Of a stretch of DNA of 64,000 bases, positions 38,799 to 51,358 are shown piece after piece. The DNA lies in contig NIVC01001210.1 of the NCBI GenBank assembly GCA_002269645.1, positions 271,261-335,260 of the forward strand. Reading direction: 5' to 3'. The position numbers and the translations under genes were made by a program. Numbering within the stretch: the first letter of the stretch is position 1; every line of letters begins with the position of its first letter. A model generated the notes under the pieces. It searched no databases. It saw only the letters and a list, made by a program, of their open reading frames with translations, and was not told the DNA's origin. Source of the stretch: Macrostomum lignano (taxonomy: Eukaryota).

Positions 38799-41268
38799 CT
38801 AATGTTGGGGGTGAAGTTCTTCGTACTTTGGCAGCCCCTCAGTTGCCTCCTCGTAGCTTGGTGGCGCCTCTGGTAACTCATCCAGGCCTGTCGATTGTGC
38901 TGCAAAATTACCTGCCGTTTGATGGCTGCTACGAGCAGACCTGAGCCGACTGTACTGGTAAGCCCCCAGAAGCAGAAGCAGAATCACTACAACGCTGAGC
39001 GGCAGGATGGCTGTCCAGTTTGGCGCCGCGGCTACGAAGCAATGAGCTTCGTCGCTTTGATCACCGCAATCAAAGTGACCGTCGCATATCTGGTTGACTT
39101 GAACGCACTGCTTCCTGTCAGAACAGAGCCATTCTGAAAGAAGTACGAGGTACGAAGTATATATGATCTGTCAGAATTGGCAGGGATCTGAAGTCACGCT
39201 TAGGTTTCTAGTAGCCAGAAGATTTTGACTTTGGGATTTAATCAGATTTTGATTCCAGATTTGGAGCATGAGCAGCCAGCGAATAAATAGTATAAGTTTG
39301 CACAAACCTAGTATCCCACACTCTACTGTGCCATTAACTTCGTATTGGCGAAAGCATGAATCATCAACAATGCTCATATCGTCTAAAAACACGGCACGGG
39401 TTGTATTGCTTGACTTCACTCTGAATCTGATTGCTACGTTTGGATGCCTCGACTGTCTTCCAGCTTCGACGCCAAAGGTGCCGGACAGGAGACGCCACTG
39501 ATTGTTCGGCACGGTGAGGGTCAGAAATGTCCAGCTCTCTATGCCGGACAGCAAGTCGATAATGACGTCAATTTTAAAACTGTAGTCTCCGTCACCTAAT
39601 CCGTACACCCAGATATCGAAGCACCATGAGCTGCCAAATGACAAGCTGCGCTCGTACCAAATGCTTGCCATCCAGCTAGTCTCTGGGGTCATGTGAAGCA
39701 TCCGCTGAGGCAGCCGGGGAACCCTCCGGCCTAGCACCGAGCTCGAAGTGTGGTCCGACATATTGACTCCGAACTCCTTTTCAACGCTCGCGTCAGTGAC
39801 AACTGTCAAGTAATTCGTTTTCCAGCCGCATGTTGACCACTCAAATGAGCATATGGACAACATGCGTTTCCCATATGCTGAGTCGTTACAGGCTGCGGGC
39901 TCGGCACTCAGGTCATCCAACCAATATGTGCCAATCGTTCGATTCTGCTGCTCCGATTGAATCGCAAGCGCATCGATAGAGCTGCCTGTGAATCCAGGCT
40001 CAATCTGCACCTCAGCGATGCTCCAGGTATAGAATCTCCATCGAGCCGGCAATCGGAGCAGAGCTTTCCCACCGTTCGGCTCTGCCAGCGTCAGTGCCTC
40101 ATCGTCTTTGTTGAATCCACTGGAAAACCAGAAGAATCTGTAGCAGGTTGCAGATCCCGGATTGCCTGCCGCCAGCAGACCAGACAGGCGAAGTTCCGGT
40201 ATGAACGCTTTCGCTGATTTGGGTTGCAGCATAAGACTACAGTCGCGAGAATCAGATAAGCTGCTAAATAGACGCGAATGATCCATTGTGCAGTCCAACT
40301 GAATGTCAGCAAGACTGTGTGCACTGGCCTGGCCTCGTGCAAAATTGGTTCCGAAGCTACGGGTTGAGTTGCAGCGTGCATGCTCGTAGCTTTCATCGCT
40401 TGATAAGCCCTCAAAGAAGTCGCTGCTGTTAAAATAATTTTCACAATCGTTGACTGTATTGCAGCGATCGCTGAAACGGAACAAATTTCGAAAATAAATT
40501 ATAGTTTCAATTGAAATGTTGTCAAGTTTGTGACTGGGTAGAAATACTGGATTGGTTAGTTGTTGAGGTAAAATCTAAATTACCTAACCCTTTGGATGCT
40601 CCAAAGTTAATGTAGAATTTGATTTACCTTTTATCAACGTATGTGCCATCCAGGCATCGATGCCGCGTCTCAGTACTTTTGATGAAGCCGGGGTTAGTCT
40701 GCCAGTTCGGATCATTAATATTAATCGCCTCATATAAGGCAAGGAAGCGTGTTAACCTGCTGTTTGAATTATGAATGAATTTGTAGTTGATTACAGTTAC
40801 ATAGTATCGCCAGTAGAATTCGCTTATTTTGATTTTTAAACACAGCGAGCCGTTGCGCAGATTTTCCGGCCGAGCAATAACAAGACCATCGGGTTCGTCA
40901 GCCTCTCGCAGAAGCGAGCCATTCCCGGCATAGGCAAGCAGAGGATGGGCCAGTAGTGTTCCATAGCGCACCTCCAAAACTGACTCCTGATCGGAAATCT
41001 CATCAGCTGTGAAGAGCTTCATCTCCTGGAACTGGAAGCACATGGCGTTAGATTCGTCACTTCCCGAGTAGTAAACACGAAACTCATAGATGCATATTGA
41101 ATGCAGCGGCAGAGGGTGGGGAAAGTTGTCGCTGACGAATGCGCCTCGGCTATCAGGACTTCGCCGGTTGCCGTCAACCATGATCTGCTCCCTGCCGACG
41201 AAACAGTTTGAAGGCCGATGCAGCATGAGGAGCAGAAAAAGAAACTTTAAATAAATAGGCTGTTTCAT
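38799..41268 (-). CDS. Receptor paralog C: SP-CUB-LDLa-MAM-like-MAM-LDLa-TM-PPxY x2 (712 aa)
   Basis: Exons 41268-40628, 40470-39308 and 39133-38799 (phases 2 and 1; 2139 nt; open frame). Motifs CDGHFDCGDQSDEAHC, TM, PPSYEEA and LPKYEEL. Confidence 0.88.
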
Positions 41269-41730
41269 TTCGGGGGTACCCAGAATGGCTCTGTATTTCT
41301 GAGCTGCTGTCTACTTGGCCTGCAAATTCAATGAAGTTATGCAACTCTGGCTGTGGGCTCAATGTCAAAGCATAACAGCTATTTTTTCTCTGGCGATTCC
41401 TATTAATGTACTTAGAAATTATTATCTCATAAATGCTAGAACCAGATTTTTGTAAGCCAATAGCTAGAAATACGTTCATAGAGCTTTTCGACGAGAAAGA
41501 TAAGTTATCGGAGGCACCAGATACTGCACTTGCTGTACATGCATGGCACTAATAACTGGCTGTGCAAGCTCTACGCAACAAACGAGGGAATGGCGATACT
41601 TCTCAAAACACGATCTATAAATTTCTAATGAAACTTGAATATAGTCGAGTCGGAGTATTCAAATGCTGCTATTGGTACATATAGGCATTTTAAAGAGATC
41701 AGATTTGTTTTAACGAGGAATACGTGAATC

Positions 41731-42029
41731 CAGGGGCGTCGCCATGGATTTTATGGTGGGTGGGGGACAAGGCCAAGAATTCAACATGTAGATGACTAAA
41801 TTCCTATATTTCCATTATTGTGAGAATCGTGTTGTCAGCGCTCATTTTAGCGCCGCAAGCACTTATTTTAGCACCGAACGCGCTATATTTTGGCGCCCTG
41901 AAGAAAAATTATTTATTACCACAACGAGTCACAAGGTGGGGTGGGGGACAAAGCATTGGCATGTCCCCCTCATAGCTTTTACTGGGGGGGGGACATGTCT
42001 CCCCTGTCCCCCCGGTGGCGACGAGCCTG
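41731..42029 (-). mobile_element. hAT-type MITE, copy 2 (opposite orientation to copy 1)
   Basis: TIR caggggcgtcgcca / tggcgacgagcctg. Perfect 8-bp TSD cgtgaatc. The interior is the reverse complement of 37890-38152. Confidence 0.85.
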
Positions 42030-42505
42030 CGTGAATCGCAATTAAAAATACAGAATGCTCACTTTTCTTTGCTCAATTGACCATCGTTGTTTATTTCTTT
42101 ATTAGATATCTGGAGAACGCAATGACAGGGATTGAGCATATAGGTCGTATAAGCTTAAACTTTGCTAACTTCGCATGAATGTCTGGCAATCATACAGCAC
42201 AGCAGTGGTTAACATGACTTTGACTCTGATATAGAGTCGACCCGTACAATGTTTAATGCTTTTTATAAACCAACAATTGTACATAAACAGGAATGCGACA
42301 GAAGCACATTTTTTTAAATGAGAAGCAAAATCAAATTCATCAGTAGCTACAGCTACTTATCCAAGCTCTCCGCAAATTAATACAAAAGTGCATCCTCAGC
42401 TTTTTTCGAGGTCTTCCTCGGTCTAATAAAAAAAACTGAATATGACTTGTCTTCGCAGTTGCTGCATGTCGGTGCGCATGCTAGATAGGCGTCCACAACC
42501 AGTGA

Positions 42506-43670
42506 TTAATGCGCCGGAGAGTCAGTTACCGGACCGGAGTCCTTGCTCCGGTGTTCACCTGAGGTCAAGGACACAATTAAAATGATCAGCAGCAGTAGTG
42601 CAACAACTCCCACGAATACGACGGCCGGTCGGTGATTTCGCCACAGCCGCATCATTGGAGAGGCCGGCTGCTCGTCCACCGCTACGCTGAACTGTCTTCG
42701 GCCCCGAACACTGGAGTCGTCTTGGATCAGCAGCTCCACGTCGTCGTCTTCGTCGTCCTGCTGCAGAAGAGATTCAACGAGGCGCTCAGTTGATGCACTC
42801 ATCCCCGAGTCTGGTTGCTGCTGTTGTTGATGCCGATTCTGACGACCATCTGGCGACTCTGAAGCTGCCGAAGCCTCAGACGATTTTTTTACCTCATCGT
42901 CGATAGTCGTTAGAAGATGGCGCATTCTACGGATGTACTCGCCTCGGGCTGTGGTTTCCTCCGCTGGCTGACGGTTTTGCTCAGACATCCGTCGAAGGGT
43001 CTCGGCCAGGTCGTCCAGATCCCAGCCAATGCTTTTCACCGACTTTCCAATTTCTTCTGTAAAAGCAGAAAGGCATCGACTAACAACACTCCGAGCGTAT
43101 TATATATTAAAAAATAGACTGCTTTTAGCGTTAACTTCGCTTTATCCACTTTTTAGTAGATATAATAAATAGATCGTTTCGTCATCACTATGCCTGTAGG
43201 TATGTTATGCTGATTATTTTATTTGCGCATTTTATAATTTACTATACCGACGATATTTAACTCTGCGACTGATAACCTCACCTATGCATGCATGTATACA
43301 TACATGTACGTGACTGGGTGGTAACTAAAGCACTGAATTAGAACTAATTGACATCTCAAATGTCAAGTCTAGTTAGTCCTTTAGCTCCTATATCATGCAT
43401 GATTCAATTTACACTAGGATTATGATCAATTGGACTTTCAAAAAACACATTTAACTGTACATGTTACATGCAAACTGGATGCACGAATTGAAAAAAGACC
43501 TAAATGCGAGATCTTACCGCGCAGCCAGTTGAATTCATCCTCGGCTTCTTGAAGCTCCTCCTGCGAGGTAAGTTCACCAGCGTCAATCTTCACGCGGCGC
43601 CATCTTTCGAGGCTCTCTTGCAGTAGCTTTAGCTTGTTGTCTAGAGCCTGCTGGTCGAGCTGAAAAGGAT
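42506..43670 (-). CDS. Syntaxin-6/10-like N-terminal (Habc) domain protein with C-terminal TM; first exon not found
   Basis: Exons 43670-43518 and 43056-42506 join in phase 1: DPFQL...ERWRR...FNWLREEIGKSVKSIGWDLDDLAETL...RGEYI. This matches the STX6 pattern DPF...RW...LRSIEWDLEDLDETI. TM is VVFVGVVALLLLIILIVSL. Confidence 0.78.
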
Positions 43671-44248
43671 CTAAAGAAGGCATAACTTTGTTGATTCGCG
43701 AGCTGTTTGAGCCCGCTACCTATGGCTGCAGAGTGCATGTTCAGGGTTAAAGTCAGTATACTTGTAGACAAAGTGAGATAGCTAAAACACTGCGATAGAC
43801 TCTTCCCTTATCTTTCAAGGCTAACCAAAATCGAAAAACAGTCGACTTATTTTCGTAACACTGGTCAGCGCACAATGGTAGGAACAGCTTATATTTAAGC
43901 CCTAGCCTGCAAGATTAGAAATGCTTTCGATTTATGAGCGCAGATGGGGCATGCAAATGTATGTGCTTACACATGTACACGTGCCTGTGCATGTATAACT
44001 TCAAAATATGCTGCGTGCAATTGGAATGGAAATATAACTCCTGCAGCTTTTGAATGCACATGTAATACAAATTTATACGAGCGTACTTTGTACATTTACG
44101 AGATATTTAGCATACACGGATAACTAAAGTAATTGTCCATGCTTAATTATACATATACACATGCCTGCTATACATGTATAAGAATTACAGTAGATGGAAA
44201 TCCGCTGCATCATGTATATGATAAAAAATAATTTTTTTGAGTAATAAA

Positions 44249-44400
44249 CCCTCTCGGAAAAAAACTCGCCGGTTCGCCGGCAATTTTATCGATAGCGAAT
44301 CGCCGGCGATTTTGTCATTTTATCCGCTATAGCGATTCGCCGGCGAATTGCCGCCATTGTATTCGCCGGCGTTTCGGTAGCATTTCACTGGTGTTTCGCT
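44249..44400 (+). mobile_element. Probable single end of a CMC/EnSpm-like element
   Basis: CCCTCTCGGAAAAAAA followed by repeated tcgccggcga palindromes. 44701-44765 resembles 31801-31870 inside the 28854-32345 element. The partner end was not found. Confidence 0.4.
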
Positions 44401-47400
44401 GCATTTTTTTGCTAAAGTTTTGACGCGTATTTGCAAGGAGTCGCCTACATTTATTTACAAATGATTTTATAAGTTGTTATGATACTGCAGTACTGCTAGA
44501 AAGACTCCTACGCTACTAAAAAAGATATGGACATGACTAAATTACCGAATATACTAATATAAATTGACTAAGTGGAGCGTTATTAAATCCTGTCATAGAT
44601 TTGTTACTGCCGCTGAGAGTTTAGAAAAACTTTGCAGATTCGGCATTTCGCAACTCGATACGCTACATGTAGTTACTTTAAGTCTGAGGAAATCACACTT
44701 GCATGTCGCTAGCCGCGTTTCAGCCACTCAATTATTTAAACGCATGCCCCAGACGCGGCATGTGACCATCATGCATGCCACAGCCGCATGGGCTGAGTTT
44801 GCAATACAATAAAAAAGTATTGGATGTATACAAACAAATTCTTCATTTTTTACCCTGATAAACAACAAAAAGTCAAAAGTTTTATTCAAAGTTAAGGTTT
44901 TTTATATAATTTTTTTAATTCGTAAAGCTATTAAACAAAATTTATTTGGGACTAATTGGCACTTTTAAATTTTGGTTTGCCTGCCTTTGGCTTATAACTC
45001 AATGTTGACTGACTGTCTTTCTATAGGCCTACGCCTGTGGACGTGCATGCTCGTCGGCGATCTATCTAAGGTACTCAGTCTTCCATCTCCCACCATTATC
45101 TGAAATACCCATCGTCAGCTTTTGTTTATGCAGCTGGCTGCTGGCTATTAGCTCTTAGCAACACTAAGTGACACAGACTGTCGCTACTCTATATGAGACA
45201 AACCGATGTATGTAGGCCTATTTATATAGACCATATATAATATTTATATTAGGCCTATGCTATCGAATCGATATCGAATAAATTGTAGTAACAATTAGAC
45301 AATAACAATTAGGTCTAGTGTGTGATAAGGCCTAGGTTATTTATTTTAAGCCGATTACAGGCAGTCCTATAAGAAAATTCTGGCATGCAGGCATGCACTA
45401 ATCTTCCAGAGTAGGCCTAGCCTGAGTAGGCTAGCCTATGGCTGCAATGGATAGGCCTACTGATTGCTTTACCTTCAGTCAATTGATATTTTCACCTTAT
45501 CACCTATACCTATAGGTAGTCCTATATTGGGGGTGGGCAATGCTATTAGGCTAGGCTAGGCCTATTATAGCTTTATATAATAGCTTTGGCTAAATGTTAA
45601 TATTAATATTAATATATTGGTCTTTTGCTTGGCTTAAATAAAATAAATACATTGCATTATATTTTTAGATAATTCACTTATTTTTTTCTTAAAAATATTG
45701 CTTTGTTTGTCATTTATTAAAGCTACTATACTCAAATAGTTCAACCTAAATATAAGTCTAGATTTTATATAAACTATTGTATTTTCTATATTTTTAATAG
45801 GCCTATTCCCTCTAAAAGCAACTTAGGCCCTAGTCTTTGGATTGGATAGTGCAATATAGTATATTAGAAAAATGATAATAAAGGACCTTATTTTGTAGTT
45901 GCGACAATTAGGCCTAAAGGACCTTTTGCAATTACAACAATAAAGTAACAATTAAAAGGATTGAAAATGCTATCAAAGTGAAAATTTTTTTTTAATTTTC
46001 TAAAAAATGTTTTTAAATAAAATTTTTTATAACATCTTACAAAAAGAAAAAATGTTATCACCAACAAATTTTAAACAGATAAAACTATTTTTCAAAGGTT
46101 CTATTTAAAAAAGTACTGTTATAATATTAGTTTATATATATAATATAAAAATAGTATTCTTTAATTTTAAAACTCTTATTATTGTTAAAATGCACATGTA
46201 GTTTTAAAAACAAATTATTGTAGTTTATATACCAAAATTTTCTTAAGCTCAAAATGGTATGCCAAAACAGCTAAACTTTCCAATGATATACCGGAAAATT
46301 CCAATATATACATAACCTTCCAGAGTCTAGCTTAGGCCTAGCTTTATCTTGCCTATCCAAGTGCAACTTAGCTTCAACTAAATACAACCTAGCTACCTCT
46401 AATTGCAACTTATTTCTTATTTGCTTTTTTTCTTTTCTTTTTTTCCTTTTTCTCTTGTTTTCTTTTTTATAATTATATTTTCCTTTTTTGTTTCTTTTTA
46501 GATTTTTTCTTAGATAATGTTTTTGCAACTTAATATACTTGCTTATTGCCTAGCTTAATAAGCTATGTTGGTTGGATGTTAGCAATAGAGATAGGAGAAA
46601 TCTTTTGAATATTTGGAATTGAATCAAATTGACCAAATTTCTAGTTCAAATCAGAATTGGAAAGTTGACAATCTGAATACCAAATAGTCATTTGAATGTA
46701 GGGCAAATATTTAGAATGTGTCACAAGTTAAGTATTAATATTGTAGCTTATAAATGAAAAGAAAGAACTAGGGAATTAAGAACTAAGAAGTTTACATTTG
46801 AAAAGTCAAGAGTTTTTGGGGTTGTGGAATTGAGGCTCATATATGAAAAAGGGAATTTAGGATTAGACTGGCAATCAGCACCCCCTATTAGAGAGCCAAA
46901 AAATGCAATAAAAGTTTTCAAATAATCTATCTATAGTATCTCTTTGCAATAACCTCAGCAATCCCTTATAAGCATTGACATCTAAGCAATTCCCCCCTAT
47001 AAGCCTTGACATATCAACTCCTTTCCCCCTTTGATATCTCAGCAATGACTCCCAATAAGCCTTGAATTCCTCAAAAATATGTCATCCTTCTAACCCTAAT
47101 CCTAAAGCATTAACATTTCAGTAATTCTCCTATAGTTATTATAGCATTACAGCATTATAGCAATCTCTCTAAGCCTTGATATTGCAGTGATTCCTAAATA
47201 AATCTCCTGACTTTGATTATGACGCTTCTTTAATCAGCAACCCCTTGTGAGGAGCCAGCAAATAATATAGTAAAAAGTTTTGAATATACAACATATAGCT
47301 TTTGACCTTAGCCTTGACATCTCAGCTATTCCCTATAAACTTTGGCTTAAAGCCAAAATCTCATTTTGTCCTATCTTTATTTATATTTATATATAGTTAT

Positions 47401-47907
47401 TAAAGATTAATAATTTCTGTAATTTTTATTCTTAGCATTAATGCTATATCATTATGAAGGCTAATTCTAACTTTTTTCTGAAACTAAATGCTTTTTTATA
47501 TAAGCCTTAATTCAATGCTTAACCCTCCCTATTTACTTTAATAGTTGTAGTAAATAGGTAATAAATTAATAAATTATATATTTTAAAATAACTTAAGTAT
47601 AACTTTGACTATTCTTACCTATCATATCCTTGGTAGTAGTCTTATTATATACTAAATAGTCTAACTCTAAAATTTTATTGGCTTTTGATTTTGTGTATTA
47701 CTTGAAAACAGGTTTGTCTTTTTATGATTTTTTAAATTTCTTTAGTAATTCTCAATTACTTAATTACCAAGTTTTTTTGTCTTTAAGCATTACCAAAATA
47801 AGATGGTCATGGCCTCTTATGACATGTATGCATAATAATGTATGTATATGATTCTGTATCATAATAAGATGATTTGTTCTAAACAATGTCTGTTTATATA
47901 CATACAT

Positions 47908-48063
47908 GCGCAACTTTGGGATTCACTCGGCCGTTTCTATTGGCAACACACGCATGTAAGTCGCTATTGGACAGAACAGTAGTCACGTGACTGCTCTCAG
48001 CCAATAGCAACTTACATGCGTGTGTTGCCAATAGAAATGGCCGAGTGAATCCCAAGGTTGCGC
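47908..48063. repeat. 156-bp near-perfect palindrome (MITE-like)
   Basis: Arms gcgcaactttgggattcactcggcc...gctattgg and their inverse, centred on GTCACGTGAC. Confidence 0.9.
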
Positions 48064-48341
48064 CCAAGCATGTTTATATAAAAAATTGGCAGTTTTCAAC
48101 AAAATATTTTTTATTATGTTTACCTTTAAAAAGATTGTTGCCATCAATTGCTTATAAAATTATATCATTTTATATAGAACTTATATCTACAAAAAGGCCC
48201 TTTTAAATCTATAGCCAAAGGGCTTTGTCTCTGTGCTTTAAATGCAACATTGCTAGTTTTGAGCTATTATCTGGTAAATCTGATATTTCAAAAATATTGT
48301 TATTTATTTCATGATATACTTTTTCACCAGCTAGACAAATA

Positions 48342-50942
48342 ATGTCTAATTGCTCAATCATGCTATCTGGCATTCTAGCCCATGTGGCTGATTTTGACAG
48401 ACTTTACATCAATCTTGATAAGGAGGCAAATGATTTAGCTCAAGTGCAGCAGCTGGTTGAGGCTTGCTCTAAGCCAGCTGTGCCAGTTCCTGGAGAGGTA
48501 AGCTGTCTTGTCTACATAATGCCAACACATTGATATTTTAATGTTTTTAGATTATTGATTAATGTTACACTGAGACTAGCATTTTCAGACTATCTTCTGA
48601 GAATGGGAATGACAGCATACAACTGGGAAATGTTGTGCAATCTATGCAATTCTGTCCCAATTGTGTGCAATCTATGCAATTCTGTCCCAATTGTGTGCAA
48701 TCCATGCAATTCTGTCCCAATTGTGTGCAATCCATACAGTTCTGTCCCAATTGTGTGCAATCCATGCAATTCTGTCCCAATTGTGTGCAATCCATACAGT
48801 TCTGTCCCAATTGTGTGCAATCCATACAGTTCTGTCCCAATTGTGTGCAATCCATGCAGTTCTGTCCCAATTGTGTGCAATCCATGCAGTTCTGTCCCAA
48901 TTGTGTGCAATCCATGCAATTCTGTCCCAATTGTGTGCAATCCATGCAGTTCTGTCCCAATTGTGTGCAATCCATGCAATTCTGTCCCAATTGTGTGCAA
49001 TCCATGCAGTTCTGTCCCAATTGTGTGCAATCCATGCAGTTCTGTCCCAATTGTGTGCAATCCATGCAGTTCTGTCCCAATTGTGTGCAATCCATGCAGT
49101 TCTGTCCCAATTGTGTGCAATCCATGCAGTTCTGTCCTAATTGTGTGCAATCCATGCAGTTCTGTCCTAATTGTGTGCAATCCATGCAGTTCTGTCCCAA
49201 TTGTGTGCAATCCATGCAGTTCTGTCCCAATTGTGTGCAATCCATGCAATTCTGTCCTAATTGTGTGCAATCCATGCAGTTCTGTCCTAATTGTGTGCAA
49301 TCCATGCAGTTCTGTCCCAATTGTGTGCAATCCATGCAATTCTGTCCTAATTTTTACCCTGATATCTATTCTGACGCTTAAGCTGACAGCTCCGTGTTAG
49401 TTATGATTTACCTGGCCTTCTCTAGCTTCCCTATTGAAAGCTTAAGCAGTAAAACTTGTGTGTTTTCCACCCCAGCTGTTCGCCGCATGCTACGAAGGCA
49501 GTCTCTACCGAGGCATGTGCATCAGGGCCGGGCAGGAAGACGCACTTATTCATTTCTTAGATTTCGGAAACACCGAACGGGTGCCGCTGAATCAGATATT
49601 CGAACTGCCAGCCGGGCTGCTACAAACGAGTCCGCCGCTTGTTCGGTGCTGCAGCCTGGAAGGCCTGCTTGCCATTGACGAGGAGGCGGCCCTAGATGAA
49701 ATCACCCGCTTGGCGCTGGAGCAGCCAGTCACGCTGCGCTTGTCCGACAGTACAGACTGCGGCCAGGCTGCCATCGTTGTCGAGGATCTGCTTGATAAGG
49801 CTGGTCAATCAGTTAGCGAGCGTCTTATCGAGCTGCGTCTTGTCCGTCGCTATAAACCAGTACGGTACGGCAATCAGCAAGCCGCCGGAACCGCGCCTGT
49901 TGTTGCTATGCGACCGATTACAAACATCAATGCTGCTCTGTGCGATGAAAATTCGAACCTGCCTATTAATGAGTTGTCGCTTGCCAAGCAGACTGCTAAT
50001 GCCTTGAAGTTTTGCAAGTCTAACGACTTGTTAAAACCGCCTAGCAACGAGACTAAATGGCCTAGCAACGAAATCAAGCCGCTTATCAACGAGGCTAAAT
50101 CGCCTAGCAACGAGGCTAAGTCGCCTAGCAACAATGCTAAACTGCCTAGCAACGATGCTAAACCCCCTAGCAACGAGGCTAAACCGCCTAACAACGAGGC
50201 TAAACCGCCTAGCAACGAGGCTAAACCGCCTAGCAACGAAATCGAACCGCCTGGAAACGAGATCAAACCGCCTGGCGACAAACTACACTGTATCTATAGT
50301 GGCCCGCTAAAGCTAACGCATATAGTCTCGCCAAGCGAATTCTATTGCATACTTCCTGGTGCACCTCCATCGCCGCCAGCTCCGCCGCTCACGTACAAGA
50401 AGCCGGCGCACCTCGTCAGTCTGGCCGACCAGAACGAAATCGATGTGAACAGCGTGTACCTCGGCCAGTATTCGCACGATCCAACGCGCCGCTATCACCG
50501 AATGCGCCTACTCAGATTGAACCTTAGCAACGCCACGGCAACCGTTCTCTTAGTCGATTTTGGCTACGTTGAAACTTGCAAATCTTTGTCAGAAATCTAT
50601 GTCGTACCACCGACTGACGCCGAGCTGGCGGCTTTTATGACCGCCCCGACGCGGGCCTCGCTGTGCCGCCTGCGCGGCCTGGCCGTCGGCGCCCTGCCCG
50701 GCTTGACCAGCAAGGCCGTTTGCCTGATGCGTCGTCTGGCGGACCCGAGCTGGGCCGATCTGAAAGAGTCCGGCGGGGCCGCCGCCACCACCTCAGCCGT
50801 GTCGGCCTACGCGGACGTGTACAGCTCGGAAAGCGGCGGCCTGCCCTGCTACCCGGTTGACCTTCACGTGTCCGGCTCCGGTAATAGCGGCTGCCTCATG
50901 GCCAGTCAGCTGATCTCGGCTGGCTTGGCCATGCGGGAATAA
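48342..50942 (+). CDS. Two-Tudor-domain (TDRD-like) protein, 540 aa
   Basis: Exon 48342-48497 (donor gtaagc) joins exon 49476-50942 (acceptor ccccag) in phase 0. Tudor motifs LFAACYEGSLYRG...IHFLDFGNTERV and RYHRMR...VLLVDFGYVE. A PPSNEAK heptad repeat lies between the two domains. Confidence 0.85.
48632..49349. repeat. 30-bp satellite inside the Tudor-gene intron
   Basis: (gtgcaatccatgcagttctgtcccaattgt)n, about 24 copies. Confidence 0.99.
50037..50277 (+). repeat. Coding 21-bp repeat (PPSNEAK)
   Basis: About 11 copies of ccgcctagcaacgaggctaaa variants, in frame within exon 2. Confidence 0.9.
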
Positions 50943-51060
50943 TGCTGTTGTTGAATCAGCTGACTGCCGCTGTTGTTGTTGGTTAATTATCTAGTTAATA
51001 ATTACAGAAATTTGTTCACTTTGTCCTATAAGCAGCGTTTTTATACATCTTGAAAACTTT

Positions 51061-51358
51061 TTTGTCTATGGTAGCAAGGCTGGCACTGCGGCATTTAATT
51101 TGGTCCATAGCGGCTCCAACTTGTTATCGAAGCGCAGTTTGGACCATTCTAAAAATGCTCTTTTTTGTTATAGTTAGGCACATAGCATTTTTTAATTTCA
51201 AATGCTGCTGTGCCAGCCTTGCTGCCATAGACAAAGGTTACATTTAGTTTGGCAAACGTATCTTGGATTGAACTCAATGCGTGTAAGCCCAAATAGGATG
51301 CAAAATGCTTTTAAAGCACATGAAACTGAAATGGCTTCATCAGTTTACGAGCGTATCG
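51061..51358. mobile_element. Short deletion relative of the 21232-23090 fold-back element
   Basis: tttgtctatggtagcaaggctggcactgcggcattt (51061) is the inverse of aaatgctgctgtgccagccttgctgccatagacaaa (about 51200-51235). 51235-51358 matches the reverse complement of 21232-21330. Confidence 0.8.

Noticed and set aside
48555-49400. Cys-rich repeat ORFs (CNPCSSVPIV, MDCTQLGQNC) resembling metal-binding proteins
   Set aside because: They come from a stop-free 30-bp satellite open in several frames, lying inside an intron whose flanking exons join in frame without it.
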